64,000 nucleotides of DNA from an uncultured Candidatus Saccharibacteria bacterium. GTDB lineage: Bacteria; Patescibacteriota; Minisyncoccia; Phycocordibacterales; UBA9973. The translations under genes and the position numbers were made by a program. The notes beneath the pieces were generated by a model, which saw only the letters and a list, made by a program, of their open reading frames with translations, was not told where the DNA came from and did no database searches. Of the stretch, positions 59,742 to 64,000 are shown one piece after another. The DNA lies in contig CAYIEM010000001.1 of the NCBI GenBank assembly GCA_964362545.1, forward strand, positions 17,424 to 81,423, read 5' to 3'. Each line of letters opens with the position of its first letter. Within the stretch, counting starts at the first letter, position 1.

Positions 59742-60740
59742 TTAACTCTTAAGAAGTTCTATGAATGTAATCTCTCGACCTTTTTTCCCATTAACTGACC
59801 AATCTTTTATTACACAATATATACCATTATGTTTTTTAATATCATTATTAGTACAACCTAAACATTTTGACTTACTAACAGTTTTTCCTCCAAAAGTGTC
59901 AATAGTTGTACTACTTTCTTCTTTACAAGAATTAGGAATTACACCCTTTAATCCGTCCATTTGCCATACATTCCAAGAGATAATATTTGCGATACTTTTT
60001 ATTGATTTAACTTCTGGATTTTTCCCAAACTTCAAAGCATAATTTTCAATGAAAGTATACAGCATCGCTTCTCGTGCTAGCAATAAACTGTCTCCCTGCC
60101 ATTCATATCCATAGATGCTTTGGTAAGCAATTTGAGCTGCACTAGCCCATTCTTTAAGAGAACTTACATTTTCATTAATAATTCTCAATTTTCGATCTAA
60201 TATTCCAACTCTTTCTTTCACAGGAATAAATTTTCCTGTGGTTGTATCGTATCTACTTGTAATATATGGAGCTTCGCCACAAGCTATTTCTAGACGCATG
60301 TCCTTTACGTAATCTCTCCACGTCTTATTTTTAGGAAAAATTATTTTTTTAAAATTTGTTTTCCATTTCAGACCACTGTCAGATAAATCAGTTTCTTTAT
60401 TAAAGAGATCTTTTCTTTGAAACCAAGCATTGTCAACTTGATTATTTTGAGCATTACATATCCAGGCTGGAGTATAGACCTCTGCCATATTTTTGATTCT
60501 AGTATTTTGAAGAGTTTTATTCTTCAAAACTCTAGGCATTATCACCTTATTATTTTTTCCCGTAATCAAGCCTATCTTAATAAGTGATAGAAATTTATAA
60601 TCATCACCAAGATACTGGTAATTATCAGTGGCCCAAAAAATATTCCTATTTGTTGTTTGGTCACACAACAGGATATTAAGTACTTCTGGATATTTTTTTA
60701 AGATGTCATTTTCGAGGATATCTGTTTCACCCTGTTTCAT
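59742..60740 (-). CDS. Methyltransferase-like R-M accessory subunit
   Basis: AEVYTP, LEIACGEAPY (SAM-motif-like), YGYEWQGD; no clear NPPY. Confidence 0.75.
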   Translation of the reverse strand: MKQGETDILENDILKKYPEVLNILLCDQTTNRNIFWATDNYQYLGDDYKFLSLIKIGLITGKNNKVIMPRVLKNKTLQNTRIKNMAEVYTPAWICNAQNNQVDNAWFQRKDLFNKETDLSDSGLKWKTNFKKIIFPKNKTWRDYVKDMRLEIACGEAPYITSRYDTTTGKFIPVKERVGILDRKLRIINENVSSLKEWASAAQIAYQSIYGYEWQGDSLLLAREAMLYTFIENYALKFGKNPEVKSIKSIANIISWNVWQMDGLKGVIPNSCKEESSTTIDTFGGKTVSKSKCLGCTNNDIKKHNGIYCVIKDWSVNGKKGREITFIELLKS

Positions 60741-60744
60741 ATAT

Positions 60745-63207
60745 TTATTTTAATATATTCTCTAACCATAATATTGCTGCTTCTCCATTGCGTTTATCTA
60801 CCTCATTTAAATCCCTATTGTGTTTGATAGAGTTACGATAATTTTTAAAAGCACGAAAGTGTTGTTCTACTTGACCCTTGCTACCAAAGTATCTACCAAA
60901 TAATTCCCAGTTTGTTAAAATAATTTTTTCGTAATCCATTAAATCAAGAAAAGTTATTCTAACCTCGTCACGCATGTACTCTTCAAGTTTATATGGATGG
61001 CGACGCAAATCATCTTGTATTTTTTTATCTACAACATTCTGAATGTCTGATGGAACATATTCCTCCCAATATGAACCTTCTGTATCTCCTTTAAGTTTTT
61101 CATGCACAAACGAACGAACACGACCCTCAATAATATCTATTGGTTTAGTTGGGTTATTGTCAAAGTGTGCTTCGGACGCAGAACCAATACCAGTCTTAAC
61201 ACGGAACGCTTGTACTATTTTTTCAGCACGATAATCTAGAAACTTTAAAAATTCATTTGAAAGAAGTCCTGACTCTTGCATATTTGGAATAAAGTGATGT
61301 GTAAGTATTTCTGGAAGTTCGGTGTTTGTTTTTTGAAAACCTACAAAATAATCACCTGGTGCTGTGTCTAAAATTCCCACATTTGTAATTGCAGGAATAA
61401 GCATAATATTTACGATACTATCAAATACCTCTTTGTTTGCTGGTTCACTTTGTCGTAAATATGCTTGAGGAAAAACATGATGAAGATTGTGCTTGTAATA
61501 CCCAGTAAAGGCTCCATCAAGAGATATTGATCTTCCATCTGTAAGATTTTTAGGTTCAGCATTAGCATAAAGAGAAAGGACTGTTTTCACGAAAGCATTA
61601 CGTAAATTATATCTCTGCGCTATTAGATTATTCTTTAATGAAGCCCAATCAATAAGGTATGCGAATTGCGGATTTTTGCCGTCTAAAAACTCATCAAAAG
61701 CAGAACAGTCCTCTTCTATTTTTGATTCTACTGTTGAGTCATATCTATTAGATAGTGATGCGCGCCAAAACCATTGTTCTAATGCTGTAATTTCCGAATG
61801 AGATAATTCTTTCTTTTTGTGAAATATGTACGCAAGTGGTACAAGTAATCCATCAAATGGTAAGTAACTAAAATTCTTGATATGAAGTTTAGATTGTATA
61901 AACTCAACAGCAAGCAGAAGAGACTGTATAAGTGTATCCCACTCAGATTCAAGTTTCCTAATACTTGTTCGTTCTAGAATATCACGAGAACGACACTTGC
62001 GGTAATTTAGTATTACAGAGAATGTTTGAAGGATTGTTTCTTCGCGAATAGGTTCAAGAGCAGGATGTTGTTTGTAAAAATCGTCTAGAGCTTCGCGAAG
62101 TTCAAATCCTTCTCCCCAGCAACGTGCAACCATTTTAGCTACAACTGTCAATTTTTTTCCTGTTTCATTTATGCGTGAAAACATTCTTACTACCTGCTTA
62201 ACTCCTTCACTTTGTTCTTCTTCAGAAGAAGTATTTTTATCTATGACATCAATAACGGAAAAACGATAACTGGATAATCTTTCATACAATATAACTAGCA
62301 CTGACCGATATTCTTCTGGATATTTTTGAGCAACTATGTTATATGAAGCGAGACCAAGAAATAATGCACTCAACGGAACAAGAAGATTCTCATGGTCATT
62401 GTCTTCGTTACCTTCTTCGTTATTATTTTTTCGAACAACAAATTTTTTACTACGGACATCAAACAAAAAACGATAATTTTCTCCATCTATGGTGGAACCT
62501 TTTATAGCAGCAAAAAGAGATGTAATACGCTGTTGTCCATCAAGTACATATGAAATCTCAGTTCCAGGGTTAATATCTCCATGGTCAAGTTCTAGACTAC
62601 CAATATTGCGTGTATGTGGAAGCTTACGAATTGTTTTCCAGAAAATAAAACTACCAATAGGGTATCCTCGATAAATACTATCTAATAGAAAACGTATATC
62701 ACTAGGACTCCAAACAAAGGAACGTTGAAATGGAGGTATTTGAATACGACAAGTACTAATACCAGATAATAAATTCTGAAAGGTAATATCGCCTGGTTTA
62801 ACTTCCATAAGAACTTCAGGCTCGTCCTCGATTTCTTCCGAATAATCAGTCTCGTAGTCTTCAGTTTTATTTTCTGAACTCCATTTATAGTATGCTTTTC
62901 CAGAAAGATCAAAAATTTCTTGTGGTGATAAGGTTATATGTTTTTTACCTTCATCTGTGAGAATCCATTTTCCACCTGTTTTTTTTATCCAATCTGCCTT
63001 AGTAAGATTTATTGAATAAAAACGAAAAGTCGTTATCCATCTAAATTGACCAGAATTGTTTAAGCTCTTTTCCCATTCTGTGAAAGTTAGTCTCTCTTCC
63101 ATATATTTAATGAGTTCTTTTGTTGGACACTCTCCTCCTTTTTCTGCAAGGATATTAAGTGCGGTTAAAAGGTATTCACCTATTCTTTTGCTGGTTATTT
63201 TTGCCAT
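60745..63207 (-). CDS. GmrSD-like (DUF262 + HNH-like) type IV restriction protein with N-terminal Mrr-like winged helix and C-terminal HEPN-like domain
   Basis: W.LTDEG; PPFQRSFVW, DGQQR, F.RIN..G; HHVFP..N; RNSIKH (Rx4H). Confidence 0.8.
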   Translation of the reverse strand: MAKITSKRIGEYLLTALNILAEKGGECPTKELIKYMEERLTFTEWEKSLNNSGQFRWITTFRFYSINLTKADWIKKTGGKWILTDEGKKHITLSPQEIFDLSGKAYYKWSSENKTEDYETDYSEEIEDEPEVLMEVKPGDITFQNLLSGISTCRIQIPPFQRSFVWSPSDIRFLLDSIYRGYPIGSFIFWKTIRKLPHTRNIGSLELDHGDINPGTEISYVLDGQQRITSLFAAIKGSTIDGENYRFLFDVRSKKFVVRKNNNEEGNEDNDHENLLVPLSALFLGLASYNIVAQKYPEEYRSVLVILYERLSSYRFSVIDVIDKNTSSEEEQSEGVKQVVRMFSRINETGKKLTVVAKMVARCWGEGFELREALDDFYKQHPALEPIREETILQTFSVILNYRKCRSRDILERTSIRKLESEWDTLIQSLLLAVEFIQSKLHIKNFSYLPFDGLLVPLAYIFHKKKELSHSEITALEQWFWRASLSNRYDSTVESKIEEDCSAFDEFLDGKNPQFAYLIDWASLKNNLIAQRYNLRNAFVKTVLSLYANAEPKNLTDGRSISLDGAFTGYYKHNLHHVFPQAYLRQSEPANKEVFDSIVNIMLIPAITNVGILDTAPGDYFVGFQKTNTELPEILTHHFIPNMQESGLLSNEFLKFLDYRAEKIVQAFRVKTGIGSASEAHFDNNPTKPIDIIEGRVRSFVHEKLKGDTEGSYWEEYVPSDIQNVVDKKIQDDLRRHPYKLEEYMRDEVRITFLDLMDYEKIILTNWELFGRYFGSKGQVEQHFRAFKNYRNSIKHNRDLNEVDKRNGEAAILWLENILK

Positions 63208-63278
63208 AATTTAATAAGTAAAAACTTTAAAAATCATAGCATTTTTAGCTTAAATTTTAAAGTGATTTGAGATCAAAC

Positions 63279-63313
63279 AAAAAAGGTGGCATCCTGCGCG
63301 GAATACCACCTTA
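63279..63313 (-). terminator. Intrinsic terminator
   Basis: Minus strand aaggtggtattccgcgcaggatgccacctttttt. Confidence 0.7.
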
Positions 63314-63326
63314 ATTGTTTTTTATT

Positions 63327-63569
63327 TCATTCCCACTTCCCACTAGAAAACTGATACAAGGAATAATCCGCATCCGCTTCCGTCATATCTTCGAGCTCCA
63401 TAAGTTTCAATTCTCTTTCATCCTCGTCAAGAATATTCTGGTAAATAAGAGCAGTGAGTCTTTCTTTTTGGCTCTTGCTTATCATCGGAGTTTCTTCCAG
63501 GTCATATTTTGGAGGCCAGTAAAATCTTCTTGGACCATCCATATTGGCTGTAATTGTGTTCGTGTTCAT
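63327..63569 (-). CDS. Small acidic hypothetical protein
   Basis: 80-aa ORF followed by a terminator. Confidence 0.6.
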   Translation of the reverse strand: MNTNTITANMDGPRRFYWPPKYDLEETPMISKSQKERLTALIYQNILDEDERELKLMELEDMTEADADYSLYQFSSGKWE

Positions 63570-63591
63570 ATTTGTTTGATTAAGCTGATAA

Positions 63592-63825
63592 TTATTTCAC
63601 TGGTAAAAGAGAATTGATAAGCTCCGAGCATTCGAATTTAGAAAGATAGGGAGACTTTAGATGGTTCAGATATTCTTCTTTGCTATCATTGTCGCATTGT
63701 TCGTCTATTAACTTGGTTAAGAAGTTGCGCTGTTTGTCCGTAGCTATTTGCGGTAAATCATTTTCTGAATAGAAAGCTTTTTTGTCTCGACCTTCCAAAT
63801 CTTCTTCTTTCTGATTATTCGGCAT
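63592..63825 (-). CDS. Small hypothetical protein
   Basis: MPNNQKEEDL...ATDKQRNFL..LI...LSKFECSELI; resembles the neighbour's SKSQKERL..LI motif. Confidence 0.6.
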   Translation of the reverse strand: MPNNQKEEDLEGRDKKAFYSENDLPQIATDKQRNFLTKLIDEQCDNDSKEEYLNHLKSPYLSKFECSELINSLLPVK

Positions 63826-64000
63826 GATATATAGCGCATCGAGTATCTTTGTTGAACGGACCATTGCATCCACGAGACTGGCATTATAAGCAAAACGGAC
63901 CGTTCTTTCTACAAATTTGTTTAGTCTGTTAAGTACGAAATTGTATTCCATAAGGCGCAGATAAGTCGCATAATGACTGACCACGAAAAGTTGAAGTCCA

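Overview
Bacterial chromosomal segment whose gene content and style suggest a CPR/Patescibacteria (Parcubacteria-like) genome; this is an inference, no database was consulted. The left ~46.7 kb is mostly core: murJ (partial), leuS with a Nudix insert, ychF, a pentose-phosphate cluster, cysK, dapF, gap, dnaE, pth, lepB, hisS, def, fmt, hpf, two GH130 genes, three Cys-rich paralogs, surface proteins, a sensor kinase and groESL. This part carries many short palindromic elements. Several lie in-frame inside essential genes, and three sets flank single-gene cassettes. One cassette is a REP-associated tyrosine transposase that appears to have replaced the 3' end of transketolase. The right ~17 kb is an AT-richer accessory/defence region with Nudix genes, a ROK pseudogene, membrane proteins, a PIN toxin preceded by two duplicated Arg-rich mini-genes, a nuclease-helicase-MTase restriction system and a GmrSD-HEPN fusion. 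The top candidate for a new system is an ORF-free, promoter-driven, heavily base-paired ~840-nt minus-strand transcript (about 54445 to 53605) directly downstream of the PIN/mini-gene operon, i.e. a putative giant structured ncRNA. No CRISPR array, rRNA or complete tRNA was seen.
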